Assembly: GCA_030390025.1 (NCBI GenBank)
Contig: CM059437.1
Span: 28,582,001-28,646,000, forward strand
DNA: 64,000 bases
Direction: 5' to 3'
DNA from: Squalus acanthias
Taxonomy: Eukaryota
The first letter of the stretch is position 1. Every line of letters begins with the position of its first letter. The notes below the pieces were generated by a model that saw nothing but the letters and a program-made list of their open reading frames with translations, made no database searches and had not been told where the DNA came from. Position numbers and translations under genes: made by a program. Of the stretch, positions 38,946 to 52,084 are shown in pieces.

Positions 38946-40679
38946 TTCTGCACATAAATTTTACACATGTAACCTTCTGGTAAGGGTCCTTGGACAGCAG
39001 TCAGGGCCCATTTTAGAGCCCTAATACTATGGTGACACAGATCTCACTCAAACTGGACATTATACCTGAGACCTTCCTGCTTTGTTTGGCTATGCTCAGT
39101 GCTGGATTTACTTCCTGAGCCACCAGGGAATTGCTTGCAGCACCTTTGTTCATGTTTGAAAGTGTATTTAACCCCAGTGCCATAGCCAAAAGTATTTTCA
39201 TAGCAGTAATTGTGATAACGTAAAGTCTGGAACTACTGCTCCCTCCCACTACTGCTGTAAATCTGTCATATCCTGGCATTTACTAGCAGTATTACTACAC
39301 TTTACCAGCTGCCATTTGGTTTTGAAACAACTTTACTTTCCGCACAATGACAAATTTTGGAGAGAATAATTTATTTGTCGTAGTATGTTCGGATTGAGTT
39401 ACTGTGCTGATGATGTGATATTTGGCTGATCTGATTGTAGAAATGTATCAGAAATGCCTTGCATATTGCGCAAGTCATTTAATTGATTGCGTTCTTTTTC
39501 GGCTTTCTTACCCACCTCAGTTATTTTGTAATGTTTTGTAATTGTAACGTGAAAGGATGATATCATAGGTCCATCAATGTCATGCTGGTTGTTTTATCCA
39601 ATAAACTTAATGTTAAATATTTTGCTGCTGAAATCTCTGGGGTAAAGATCTTGCTGGAGCAAATAGAACAGATTTATATTCACAGACTGAATCTACCTCT
39701 GCACTGTTGTAGGTCATGGTTGTTTCACACTGAGCACTGTTAGCAGTTCTGAGAACTGTTTACCCATTAATCTCTCTCTCCAACTGGCAGCATTCCCATT
39801 AAACTCACTTAGTATGGTTTTTTTTTTTGCCCCCTTTAGTTTCTTTTATCTTATTTCTTTATTTCTTTAGCTATACTGTTCAAACAGGGTATTTTATCCC
39901 GACAAGTGGGATTCAGCTACATTCTAGATAAATTGAAGAGTCCTAATACACAATTGGGATTAGAAGTTTAATTTGTTTTTTTATCGTTGACTGGCTTTTC
40001 ATTATTTTGTTGTAAACCACGGCAGATGAATTCAACTGAAGCACACTGGGAATTGAGACTGAAACCTGCTATCATCTGGTTTTGAGGCGGGTACTATTCT
40101 GCATATGGCATAGTGCTGGCGGAGAGTAGGTGGTTTCTAGAAAAGTAAGTTCAGTGATGTTCAGCTTCATAACCCAGAAGGCAAGAGGCCTGAATGGGCT
40201 ATCTGGTTCAAGTCTTCCAAAGATAGTTTTTGTGTACATTATGTATTGCTGACTCATTTCATTTGCTACAAATTTTCCCCATTTAAATTTTTTCTGCTTG
40301 TTTCGGGCCCCTCTCTCACCCATATACCCTCGCATCCAAAAATGGAGAAGAGTGACTTGCTTCTAGCCAAGCCTTTCTGTGTCATTCTTTAACCAGATGC
40401 TGGGACATACAAGAGAATGGCTTAGGACTTGACTGACCATTTTCTCTCCCTGTGGCAAAAGTTCCCAGTTTCTTGATAGGAACTGTGACCTGTGATTTAT
40501 CACTCCATTGTGTAGCTTTTTGGTATACATACCCACTGCACCAGCAGCCTTCATCTTCAGGTTTTAACCAAAATGAATCAATTCGAGAAGGATCTTGTGA
40601 GATTTTTAAACTTACATTGCTTAATCTTAACATGATCAGAAGACTCTCCCAAATGGCACCTTGGATCATTTTTCTTTTA

Positions 40680-40852
40680 CTTTTTTTATTCATTCCTGGG
40701 ATGTGGGCATCGCTGGCAAAGCCAGCATTATTGCCCATCCCTAATTGCCCTTGAGAAGGTGGCGGTGAGCGCCTTCTTGAACCGCTGCAGCCCTTGTGGT
40801 GAAGGTACTCCGATAGTGCTGTTAGGAAGGGAGTTCCAGGATTTTGACCCAT
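40680..40852 (-). mobile_element. 3' tail of the 118-830 / 27268-28293 LINE family
   Basis: gggatgtgggcatcgctggc...ttgcccatccctaattgcccttgagaaggtgg...gggagttccaggattttgaccc, nearly identical to 131-286. Confidence 0.9.
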
Positions 40853-40882
40853 CAGTTATAGTTCTTTTGTGATGTGCATTAA

Positions 40883-41062
40883 AAAGAAAGACTTACATTT
40901 ATATAGCGCCTTTCACAATCTCTGGACGTCCCAAGGCCCTTTACAGCCAATGAAGTACTTTTTGAAGTGTAGTCACTTTTGTAATGTAGGAAACGTGGCA
41001 GCCAATTTGCGCACAGCAAGAGTCCACAAACAGCAATGTGATAATGACCAGATAATTTGTTT
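40883..41062 (-). mobile_element. DeuSINE/SacSINE1-like 3' half
   Basis: aagaaagacttacatttatatagcgcctttc...gcagccaatttgcgcacagcaag...aatgaccagataat. Confidence 0.85.
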
Positions 41063-41424
41063 TACCATTTATGGATATCATAACAAAATGGCACCAGAAG
41101 TGGGAGGATACTGGACAAGATATTAGGTTAGAGCGTTGGATTTCTGAATACTTAAACTTATTTGCTCCATAGTTGCTCTGAGTTTTGTAAAATCAGCTCA
41201 TTTTATCCTTTTGAAATGATTGGGGACCTGAAATTGACAGCAGCATGCTCTGGAATACATTATGCCTATGCACTCAGTAATTACACCATCAAATGTTATT
41301 TAATCGTGATTGCTTTTTATGTTCTGGGATGTTTATGCTGGAACACGGGCCATCCAGTGAATTAAAACTCTATTGCACTCACGCTTTAATCGGCGCTCTG
41401 GCTACTACTTAAGGGGTCGCCCAA

Positions 41425-41688
41425 TTAAAACGGAGTTGAGGAGGAATTTCTTCTGAGGGTTGTGACTCTTTGGAATTCTCCAGAGAGCTGTGGAGGCTGG
41501 GTCATTGAATATATTTAAGGTGGAGATAGACAGATTTTTGAACGATAAGGGAGTCAAGGGTTATGGGGAGTGGGCAGGGAAGTGGAGCTGAGGCCAAGAC
41601 CAGATCTGCCATGATCTTATTGAATGGCGGAGCAGGCTTGAGAGGCCAAATGGCCTACTCCTGTTCCTATTTCTTATGTTCTTATGTA
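41425..41688 (+). mobile_element. CR1 LINE 3' end
   Basis: gaggaggaatttcttc...ttggaattctc...gatcttattgaatggcggagcaggc...ttcttatgttcttatg. Confidence 0.9.
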
Positions 41689-41739
41689 CTTCAGGATGAA
41701 ACCCATAACATTAGAATAGAATATCTGCACATAGATCTC

Positions 41740-42070
41740 CTTCCTTGTCTCAGTGGTTAAATGTACTACATGTTATTGCACTGATCTAAACAGACCATGA
41801 AGGTTTTTGTTTAACTCCCTAATCTGTGTTGGGTGAACCAATCTCAGTCAATGAAGGGAGAAAGTGTAGCTAGGATTCCTGCCCCTGATCGCCATCCATT
41901 AACCCTGCTGGAAAGTCGGTATGTGTGGATTCAAGATTGGACCAGTTGTGATGCTCCCCTGGTTTGATGGCACTCATTATCGAAGCTCACGAATTAAGGT
42001 TGGTTATTTGGTGAGGTACTGTAGGGCTGCAGCTGCATGTTTTCGATAGAGGAAGGGGTAAGGCAAGAAA
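41740..42070 (+). mobile_element. Old tRNA-head SINE (AmnSINE2-like)
   Basis: ctcagtggttaaatg...cagaccatgaagg...cctgcccctgatcgccatcca...ctgctggaaag...gaggtactg. Confidence 0.55.
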
Positions 42071-42859
42071 ATTGAATAGAATTATTTTTTTTTAATCCGT
42101 ATTTCACCCCTTTTACGCCAGCCTCGTCTTGAGATGACAGGCAAGTGAACTTTGTTTTGGCATTTGACACTACCGTTTTTAACCATCCCCTGAGAGATAT
42201 GAGCCAAGCGTGATTTGCCCTCTAAATTTCACTTCCTCTTTGTGAAGAAGGGCCACATTCGGTGCTTCCTCTTGATGGCAACAGGTTAGATTGAGAGCTC
42301 ATCTTATGGAAAAATTGTGGATGCAAACCAAAGTCCATTGACTGGCACATAGGCCCACCAATACACAGTACCACCAGGTAGCCCCACAGAACAGGTGCAG
42401 AATCCGAAAGGCAGATAGTAAAACAGTGCCCAAAAGGTGTAAGAATCTCAGTAAACAGACACAGCTGGAAGAATGAAAAAGAGGAAGGAACTTTCTGCGT
42501 TTACTTTATTGCGGAAACACTGAGGTGAAATTCCTCTCGTTGATAATTTTACGGAAGAAATCAGTACATGTACAAAATTGGATCATTGACACAAGGAATT
42601 TCACTTCCACTGTTAGTTGCCTCCAACTACATGCAATCAGAAAAATAGGAACTTTAACAGAGTTTATGGCTTTATCAATGAGATTTGGAAATGGAGAGTG
42701 AGAGATTTTTTTCCCCAGTGATGACAATCTCTAGAAAAGTCCATGAGAGAAAAATGTCCTGTTTCCTCTAAGGGAAAATATGCATAGGCTACAGAGCCCA
42801 ATTGAGTGTAGTGGTCACATGATATCACTGAAATGCATTATGAAGATGACATTCTGGGT

Positions 42860-43171
42860 AACAAAGAAACTGTTTCCAGTGGCAGAAGGGTCGGTAACCA
42901 AAGGTCACAGATTTAAAGTCATTGATAAAAGAATCAGTGGCGACATGAGGGAAAAATAATTTACGTAGCGAATTGTTATGATCTGGACTGCACTGCCTGA
43001 AAGAGTGGTGGAAGCAGATTCAATATTAACTTTCAAAAGGGAATTGGATAAATATTTGAAGTGGAATAAATTGCAGGGCTGTGAGGAAAGAGCAGGGGAG
43101 TGGGACTAATTGGATAGCTCTTTCAAAAGAGCCGAATGGCCTCCTTCTGTGCTGCATCATTCTATGATTCT
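42860..43171 (+). mobile_element. CR1 LINE 3' end
   Basis: aaactgtttccagtggcagaagggtcggtaacc...ctgcctgaaagagtggtggaagcagattc...cattctatgattcta tail. It abuts the SINE tail-to-tail. Confidence 0.9.
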
Positions 43172-43626
43172 AAGAAAGAAAGACAGACTTGCATTAATAT
43201 AGCTCCTTTCACGACCTCAGGACGTCCCAAAGTGCTTTGCAGCCAATGAAGTACTTTTGAAGTGTAGTCACTGTTGTAATGTAGGAAACACGGCAGCCAA
43301 TTTGCGCACAGCAAGCTCCCACAACAGCAATATGATCATAACCGGATAATCTGTTTTAGTGCTGTTGGTTGAGGGATAAATATTGGCCAGGACACCGGGG
43401 AGAACTCCCCTGCTCTTATTCGAAATAGTGTCATGGGATCTTTTACATCCACCTGAGAGAGCAGGCGGTTTATCGTCTCATCTGAAAGACAGCACCTCTG
43501 ACAATACAGCACTCCCTCAGTACTGCACTGGAGTGTCAGTCTACATTTTTAAGCTCAAGTCTCTGGAGTGGGACTTGAACCTACAACCTTCTGACTCAGA
43601 GGCGAGAGTGCCACGGCTGACACGGC
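43172..43626 (-). mobile_element. Near full-length DeuSINE/SacSINE1-like tRNA-derived SINE
   Basis: Minus strand: tcagccgtggcactctcgcctctgagtcagaaggttgtaggttcaagtccc (tRNA head, B-box, A-box partly deleted), a central conserved domain, and an L2-like tail ending gcaagtctgtctttctttct. Confidence 0.88.
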
Positions 43627-45089
43627 CAAAAGCTCGCTGCCTATCTTATTGAAAGGACCTTGTCATGTAGAGTTAGTTTTTCCAGTTTTAGTGGGCAAGA
43701 ATCCATAGCACAAGTTGGCAGCCTCACTCTGATACCATTGGAAGATTTCCTCTATGCAATCATAAACCTGTTTATAAAGAACAGTTATAATTTTGCTACA
43801 TGCAGTGTATAGAGGAAATCTTCCCCATAAGGGTAAATGATGTGGCAAATGGAAAAAAAATCACCATGTTGTGGTGCAGTGATTGTTCTTCTGAGTTTGG
43901 AGTTGAAGTGCATTGCTGAGTAGGAGTTTTGGCCAATGCTGTATCTCACCGGAGCGGTGCTGGTGCTGGGTGCCACGTGTACAAAAGTGTTCCATTACTC
44001 AACAGTAATCATCGTGATGGGGGCAAAAACATCACAGAAGAAAAAAATATTTACATAAAAACAGCTTGTTTTGCTTTAGTTATGTTACTTAAAAGACTCT
44101 CGTGCCCTATTTTGGACTTAATAATACAGTAGGTCTGAGTGTTGATTTGGTTGCCATTTCATATGTCGGAGAATCCAAAGTGTTATTTTTTCACCGTGAA
44201 TTAATGCTTCATGGCCATTGGTGCAGGTCAATGTTACAGAATTAATTTTGTAAGTCACCTTCAAAGTTTCATCCAGATACTGAACTATAGGAATAATAGA
44301 GCATTTCAGCCATGACAGGGAATGAGGTGCGAAAGACAGCCATAGCTCACTTCTTCCCGTGGAGCTCATGAGTTATGGGCTGTTCAAGCTTGAGAAGGAA
44401 TTGCTGTAACTCACCGTCACAGGTGAGGTTCCCTTTGTTTAATACACATGGAAAATACCCTAGAGGATGTTGTGGGGGATTTGCAAAACGGTACAGCTTT
44501 GGTGCTTAGGATTGTAGCATTTCAGTCTTGCCCACCTAAAGTCCTGTACCATACCTTTATGCTAATTTCAGGAAATGAAAAGAACGTTCTGCCCAGAACA
44601 ATGCAATGTTGCTTTTGGAACATTAGCCTGAAAGATTTGTTACTCACAGTTTACAAAGGATACATTGAAGACAGAATCCAGGAAGTGCTGCAGGATAGCT
44701 TGGGGCAGATGCAAAATGCAGATAGGTGTATATTTCTCATGCAAATTTCTTCTTCATCTGCTTTAGAGTAAAATATGTGACAAGGTTTTCAATATTTTAT
44801 GAAAACCTTTTATTTAAATGTGGCTATTTAACTTTCGTTTTGCAAAAGGATTCCATTTGCACACTGGTGTGAAATACTGTGTAATAACAAGCTGTCAGTA
44901 ATAGTTAATGAAGTTATAATGAACAAGAAGCCTGCCTGTATCTGTGGGGGTAACCACATCGTGATAATGTTGGGACGTAGCGAGGATGAGCCTGTTCACA
45001 AAGAATTGACTTATGGATAAATGCACCACCCACGTGTGGTACTGAGATGTACAAAAAAAAATAAAGTCACTTGTTCAAATTAAGAACTG

Positions 45090-45650
45090 GATACTACAAT
45101 TAGCCTCAACGTCCCTGATATCAGTTAACTCAGTACTGACCGAGGATCAAACCTCGGCAGGGAAAGTGAAAATCAGCCAAGGTTCTTCATCACTATCCAG
45201 GGACCCCTGCTGGAAAGCGCACATTTGTAGGCACAGGGTAAGGACTGGATCAGCCTCGGATGTGATGCCCCACAGTTGAATAGTCTGCTGACATTCACTG
45301 TCTGGACTCACAAATGAAGAATGGCTACTTGGATGAGATAAAAACAGAAAATGCTGGAAATACTCAGCAGGTCAGGCAGCATCTGTGGAGAGAGAAACAG
45401 AGTTAACGTTTCAGGTCGATGACCTTTCGTCTGACCTGAAACGTTAACTCTGTTTCTCTCTCCACAGATGCTGCCTGACCTGCTGAGTATTTCCAGCATT
45501 TTCTGTTTTTATTTCAGATTTCCAGCATCCGCAGTATTTTGCTTTTGTACTTGGGTGAGATGCTGGATGGCTGCTGACATCTGTGGAATTTTACCTCACC
45601 ATTAGTCAGTGCTTTCAGGAGAACGGGAGAAAACTAGAGGAAAAAACAAA
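45090..45650 (+). mobile_element. Old SINE (AmnSINE2-like) interrupted by a Penelope-like hairpin insert
   Basis: ctacaattagcctca...aatcagccaagg...ctatccagggacccctgctggaaagcg...aaatgaagaatggctacttgg, resuming after 45548. Confidence 0.7.
45338..45548. mobile_element. Penelope-like inverted terminal insertion: perfect 80-bp inverted repeat
   Basis: 45338-45417 and 45433-45512 are exact reverse complements with a 15-nt loop. TSD-like tacttggatgagat (45326-45339) / tacttgggtgagat (45548-45561). Contains a hammerhead-like gacgaaaggtcatcgacctgaaacgttaac on the minus strand. Confidence 0.85.
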
Positions 45651-47309
45651 ATAAAATGATCACTACTAGCATGGGAAAGAACGCTAACGTGCCGATAGCT
45701 TCTCGCTCGTTGCTGACATCGGATTCTGGGCCTACTAACAATGCTATATGAATCTAAGAGGAAATTTTCCAATGGGTGATCTTTTTGTGTGAGCACTTAA
45801 GGCAATCCTGCCAGCATTATTTAAAGGCAGGTGTTAACCCGACCCTGTTTGACATTGAAAGCACAGTGCAGGTTTAAATGGCAGCTGCTGTTAAATGAAA
45901 TGACTGTTGATAACTGCAGCACCAAGCAACAGTTAAGCCAATTGCAGTGATCTAATGGGCATGTAGTACCGAGGCATTGTTCGATATAGTACTCTAGCAG
46001 TGAAGATCGTGACTTTTTGAAATACTGTCAAGTTTACTGGTCAGGACAGTGCTAATTTTCAGGTCTCCTTTGTTCCTCTTGTTCATTGTTCGATTTCCCA
46101 GTGTCCTATTATAAACCCGAAAGACGCTACACATTTCCAGTCGAACTTCCATTTTAGTTTACTGCAAAACCGCTCGCGCACATACCTTGGAAGTTGCATT
46201 AAAATGGTACTTTGTAGTTTGCAGTATCACCATAGTTGTGTTTCAAAACCATTTCCTACAACCAAGAATAAAAAGATTCAATGAGTCTGATTAATTATTA
46301 GTAAACATGTTTTTGGATTATTCATCAGTAGGAGCGAAAATAAATAAAGGTGAGTGACATGCCTCCTCCCCTCCCTGCAGCTCACTCGCCATCATCTGTT
46401 TATACAGTCTGTGGATGTGCTATTGTAATCAATTGCTAATTGGATCCATTGATACAACTCAGCTGCTTGATGCCCTGTAGCCTCCTGCCGTTCCCCTGTG
46501 TAACAATTGACATTTAAAAAAAAAAGAAAATTTGTACTTTTCAAAGCTCAGAAAACTACGATTCAGCAAAGTGTTAATGGCCGAGAAAACACATAGGTCT
46601 GTCTGTAGCCATACCATGTGTCCAATGGCAGTGAAAGATTTGACAATCTGATATTCTTTTTGCTTAAGCTTCATTGCCTCTGCTGTTCAGGAGAAGCTTG
46701 TACTGTGGTAATCCCAATTGAATGAGAACTGCATATGGTTTTCACTAACCCTTGACGTCAACCAGTAAGTGCATCAGATGGTATTGGATTTCAGCTTCAC
46801 CATTATAGAATAGGGCAAACAGTTCAGGAGAAGTGAGTTTTAAAAATGACTTGCTTCTCTGCAGTCTCCCCATCCCCAGTAATTTGAATGTTTCCCCACT
46901 TTAGGTTTGCTTGAACCATTACCCTCTGAGGGGACAGGAAAGTGACCTGCACCCAGACCTTCTCCCATCACTCACCCTCTCGGCAGTAGCTTTGCCTCTC
47001 CCTGGCACTTGCCCTTAGATAATCTAACTGAAATTGGGAGTTTGAGACAGGAAGAGATTTTACTTGCAGTGGCATCAGAGCACATTAATCACCGTTCACA
47101 TGCTGCTTTTTGATTTGGAACAGTAGGCAACGGCGAACAAATTTGTGAGTGTTAAGGCTGTGCAACATTTCTATATTGCAAAATGGAACTTTTTGTGGCT
47201 GGTTAACAATATCAAACACAATGTGAGAAGTTCAGGCCTGTTGTGATCTTTACAATAGGAAGAAAATCTTAAAATATTTTGTTTGAAGATTTTACTCATT
47301 TTTATTTCT

Positions 47310-47660
47310 TTCATTCCTCTTTTTCCATCGCTTTCCTCCCTCCTCACCTTACTGAGATGCAGTTCTTTGGGTACCAGTCTTCTTCCAGTACCTCTCTCAA
47401 GTGGCCATTCCTCATTTGCGAGCCAAGACAGACAGTTTGACCATATTCGCGCAATAGCATGAATGACCCAAGATTCATGCATATGTACTTCCAGCAGTTT
47501 TCATTTTTAATGATCAAGTGTCGAAACCCAAGCTGATTTTCCCTTCCATAACCCAGGAACTCTGAGGCCAATTGTAGTACCCTAACGTCAGCTAACTCTG
47601 CATAGACATGGGGACTTCCCTGGTCTTTACAACTCTGCTGGTCACTACCATAACTAGTCA
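47310..47660 (-). mobile_element. Old tRNA-head SINE (AmnSINE2-like)
   Basis: ccagtacctctctcaagtggccattcctcatttgcgagcc...tgaggccaattgtag...tcagctaactctgcatagac. Confidence 0.65.
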
Positions 47661-47744
47661 AGCTGTTTGAAAACTCCAAATCGATTTTCCTGACCTTTGG
47701 TCCTTTCCGCAATTCTGCAAAGGCAATTGATGCTAGATCAATTG

Positions 47745-47905
47745 TTAATTTTAAGTCTGAGATTGGTAGATTTTTGTTAACCAAAGGTATTAAGGGATAT
47801 GGGGCAAAGGCGGATATATGGAGTTAGGTCGCAGATCAGCCATGATCTCATTGAATGGCGGAACAGGCTCGAGGAGCAAAATGGCCTACTCCTGTTCCTA
47901 TGTTA
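47745..47905 (+). mobile_element. CR1 3' UTR
   Basis: tttaagtctgagattggtagatttttg...gatcagccatgatctcattgaatggcggaacaggctcgagg...ctactcctgttcctatg. Confidence 0.88.
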
Positions 47906-49819
47906 TGGGGAATGCCCATTTTTCCATGCACAAGGATCAGGATAAAGGGAGTGGAGTCCTTCTTTGCTGTTACTTCATTCCTTTTTGCATTTCTCAGGAT
48001 TTCCAGGGCGCTTCTGCATGGGTGGAACTCTGCTTGCAATAGGTGTAGCCCCCATTGTTCTCATGTAAATGAGGCACGAGGAGATCTTTCTCTTTCTCTT
48101 GGAGTTGTGGCAAGGAGGTGCCCCACAAAGCAGGCATTGGGCTTGTGCAGCAGCCAGAAGGCCCTAAGGCTGACAGCCAGGAAAATTTCTTCCAATTATT
48201 GCCAGCACTCAGCTCTGCTGGAGAGCAGGCCTGTGCTGGGAGTGGCCCCAAGCCGTGTTACAATATAAGCTTTAGATTTATGACTTTGCGAATGGCTTTA
48301 AACTTGAGGAGCCTGATTTTCCTGGTTCCCTTCTACCCCAGCACTGAACAACAGTAGCTCATCCACAGTGCACTGCGCCTGTACAGGTACAGGTGGGACG
48401 GAATGGCAAACCTGTGCCTTGTTAGGTGCAGTGCACTTTGGATGAGCTGCTGCTGTCCAGTACTGGGGCAGAAGGAAACCAGAAGAATCAGCCTCTTAAA
48501 CTCTAAAGCATTTAACAATGTCGTAATTGTAAAGCTTGCATTGACTATATATCTCCACCACCATCTTGAACTTTAAAAGAGCTGCTTTGTTTATACACAT
48601 CCGTTCCTGCCTTACTGTCTTGAATTACTGGTGCTGCCTTTTCATCCTCTTCAACAAGATGGCATGCAGTACAGGAGAGGCCTTAAGACCGAGTCAAATG
48701 GCCTGTGCGGTAGTTGACTTTCATCTCGGGAGGTGGTATTTGTTTTGCAGCAAAGTGGTAGGCAACTGCATTTTTACACTTGTATTGTTGCAGGAAGGCT
48801 TTGATTCTATCCCTTAGAGACAGCTTTATTACTCTTCTTCCTCTCAGCAGAGGGATTGCTCTAAGTCCACACACTCACCTAATGGCACTCAGAACCCTTT
48901 GTACTTGTTTTTGCACAAAACAAAGCAGGAGAAAAGGGCTTTTGTTTGGACCGATTTGTCTAAAGTAGTAAAGAAAAAAAACTTGTCTAGAAGGGTTAGA
49001 AGGTGCAGCCCACCACGCCTCATCCTTCCAGCTTTCTGGCCCTGAGTTAAAGCAGTATAGCTGTTCTCAGGGGAATCGACCCTGGGATTTTTGGGTGGAT
49101 TTGTGCAATATCATTAATCACCGACCAGGGAGTCACTTGGCAACTGGCAAAATATTTGTCAGACGTGTAGAAATGGGAAGCGAGTTGAGGGATTGAGCTA
49201 CCAGACGGGAACATGCTCAGCGAGCAGCATGCATGGGGGCGACAGGCTGCAGACTGCTCTGAATGCCTTCACACGACAGGAAAGACGCCTGGGAAGGGGA
49301 TAATAAGGCAAGGGACAGGAAATCCTTAATGTTGCTGGCAGTCACTGGTAAATATATAACTCTCAACAGAACTTAAAAGATAAAATTAGTTTGGATGTGC
49401 AGTGCTGTTAAATGATATCCAGATTTAAGCCTTTGACTTCCAGGAATAGATATTTTAATACTTTGTATTTTTTAAACAGTTGACTCCCACTGTTGATTAA
49501 AATGTTTGAAGTACTTTGTACAAAGCGTTTTTTGTTAGTTGCACATGTCTCTGCATCATAGCATAGCTTGCATTAATTAACGCAACAGCAGTGAAAAATG
49601 GTCATGTTTAAAATGAAAGAGTAAAATTGTAACTGTGTTTTAATAGCTTGTCCCACCAGAACATAGAGTAAATTTATTCACTGTCAATTGAATAACTGAT
49701 GACACTGTCTTTTTGAGAAACTGCTCTGGAGGACAAGCTGCCTTAATCAGTCTAAATTTGTGTTCGGAATTAAAGAATATATTGAAATGTGTGTGTTTAT
49801 TATGCAATGGTTTACTAAC

Positions 49820-50095
49820 TGGAACTGTGCACTGCGCCATTGTGTTGCATTGTAATGTATTGTGTTATGCGGTTGTGTTGCATTGCATCGCATCATGCCT
49901 GAATGTTGTGTAGTTCAGTCTGTCTGGAGATATTTTCTGGCATCTTATGTTTTGTTCAGCTGTACTGTGTTGAATTGCATTGTGTTGTGTGCTGTGCTCT
50001 CTTGAGTTGCTTTGAGTTGTGTTGTCATGTCTTGTGTCAGTATTGTATTTAATTGAATCATGGTGCATTGTGCTGTGACATGTTACGTTGAACCC
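49820..50095. repeat. Decayed pentanucleotide tandem repeat (ATTGT/GTTGT/GTTGC-like)
   Basis: attgtgttgcattgtaatgtattgtgttat... The 5-nt periodicity persists over ~270 bp. Confidence 0.7.
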
Positions 50096-50315
50096 TGCTG
50101 CACTATGCGTCGCTGATATTGTGGTTGCAGGAAACCGCGCTGCTCTGTGAATATGCTGAAACTTATAGCAGTTTGCTACTGGTTTCAATAGATACTTAAA
50201 TTACTGTATTTTTTGGGTGGGGTCTGCAAAATTACTGTACATTACCATTTCAGTTCATGTCGAAGGCATTGTTGCACAATAGAATGATTCTAAGAGTAAT
50301 AGAAAATGTTCCGCC

Positions 50316-50327
50316 ACTGACGTCAGT
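50316..50327. promoter_or_regulatory. Palindromic CRE (ACTGACGTCAGT)
   Basis: Full TGACGTCA inside a 12-bp palindrome, in unique sequence that retains CpGs. Function not demonstrated. Confidence 0.3.
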
Positions 50328-50674
50328 ACTAACTCGCTACTAATGAGCTGTATTTGTCCCTCCAGCAGAAGGGGGCATCTTCTTTGACGTAGCAGTTGTC
50401 AAATTATTTGTAATGCTGCGGAAGTGTTATACTGGAATCTTGATTATGCACCGTATTGGAAATCAGCGGGTAATCGAAGATCGATTTTATTCCTTAATGT
50501 CATCCAGAGTACATTTTATTCAAATCTAAACCGAGAGGATGATGCATAGTCACTGTTAAAGAAATGTACGTTTAGCCACATTCTATCGAAGCTTGTGTCT
50601 GGGTTAAGCAATGATTTTTACATGGATTTCATGTTCACAACTTAAGAATAATCAGCTGAGTTCAACAATATTCC

Positions 50675-50885
50675 AGAATCATACAGCACAGAAGGAGGCT
50701 ATTCGGCCCATCGTGCCTGTGCCGGCTCTTTGAAAGAGCTGTTCATTCAATCCCACTCCCCTGCTCTTTTCCCACAGCCCTGCAAATGTTTCCTTTTCAA
50801 GTATATATCCAGTTCACTTTCAAAAGTTACTATTGAATCAGCTTCCACCACACTGTCGGGCAGTGCATTCCAGATTATAACAACA
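50675..50885 (-). mobile_element. CR1 3' end
   Basis: agaatcatacagcacagaaggaggc...ggcagtgcattccagat, the reverse complement of 42970-43170. Confidence 0.88.
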
Positions 50886-51421
50886 GCAATTTCTTATGTT
50901 TAAGAGGCATTGTTGCCAATATCAGACAGTCTTAAAAGGAGGCTGTTTTTTAACAGCTAGTAGCATAATCATGGGTAAAGATAATGAGGGGGATGTGTTT
51001 GTCCACCTCATATTCTTTTAGCAAGAGTTTTTTCCTCTTCCCAGAAGGAAAGATAATGGGTGGAATCACTTACTGCTGCTCGCGACTCCCCTTGCTTTCT
51101 CGGCCTTGACTCCTGCTTTTCCAACCCAGAATCCAACTACGACCCTAGCCCTAACTCCTGCTGCTTTTACAGCCTTGAATCCGGTTACAGAGGTATGTGG
51201 ATAGTAGTAAGGCATACTGTACTGTGTACCTACTTCATAGGCACTATTCTTATTCTTTTGTCTGAACTCTTTCGGGTATTTTCAGAATAATCAACAATTT
51301 AAAACACATACGGTTATAATTTGAGAGAGAGCACTCTTCTCTACTTAACTCAAACAGACCATCACTTTCATTAAGAATTGACAAACACTTAGCCAAATTC
51401 AAGAGAGACCTTAGCTGAGCC

Positions 51422-52084
51422 TGCTTGTCTGACATCCAGTCCTGGATGAGTTGCAGTTTCCTCCAGTTAACCATTGGGAAGATCAATGCCATTGTTTTTG
51501 GCCCCCGCCAGAAACTCCATTCCCTCGCCACTGATTCCATCCCCCTCCCTGGCCACTGTCTCTGGCTGAACCAGACTGTTTACGACCTCAGCATTCTATT
51601 TGACTCTGAGGTGAGCTTCCGACCCCATATCCTCTCCGTCACAAAGGCCACCTACTTCCACCTCCATACATTGCCTGTCTCCGCCCCGCCTCAAGTCATC
51701 TGCTGCCGAAACCCTCATCCGTGCTTTTGTTACCTCCAGACTCGACTATTCCAGGGATGCCATGGCCGGCCATCTTCCACCCTCCATAAACTTGAGCTCA
51801 TCCAAAACTCTGCTGGCTGTATCCTAATCCGCACAAAGTCCCGCTCACCCATCGCCCCTGTGCTTGCTGACCTACATTGGCTCCCAGTCCACCAACGCCT
51901 TGATTTCAAAATTCTCCTTCTTTAAGACCCTCCTTAAAATCTTTTACCTCTTTAACCAAGCATTCAGTCACCTTCCTAATAGCTCCTTTGGCTCGGTGTC
52001 AATTTTTGTCCGATTACGCTCCTGGGAAGTGCCTTGGGATGTTTTCCTACGTTCAAGGCGCTATATAAATGCAAGTTGTTGTTG
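51422..52084 (+). mobile_element. L2 LINE 3' portion
   Basis: ORF LSDIQSWMSCSFLQL...KLELIQNSAGCILIRTKSRSPIAPVLADLHWLPVHQRLDFKILLL and the tail ctatataaatgcaagttgttgttg. Confidence 0.93.

Noticed and set aside
43560-43626. tRNA gene
   Set aside because: It is the tRNA-derived head of a SINE. The A-box is partly deleted and no complete cloverleaf forms.
44188-44290. Minus-strand exon-like peptide VQYLDETLKVTYKINSVTLTC
   Set aside because: Weak donor (gtgaaa), no partner exons and only superficial Ig-like resemblance.
44448-44771. 107-aa ATG ORF / possible exon (GNEKNVLP...QNADR)
   Set aside because: No recognisable domain and only a weak donor (AG|gtgtat). An ORF of this length is expected by chance in 64 kb.
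49173-49312. Alternative coding first exon ending at a GC donor (AG|gcaagg)
   Set aside because: The first ATG hits a stop after 7 codons, the remaining peptide is unrecognised, and the non-canonical donor has no support.
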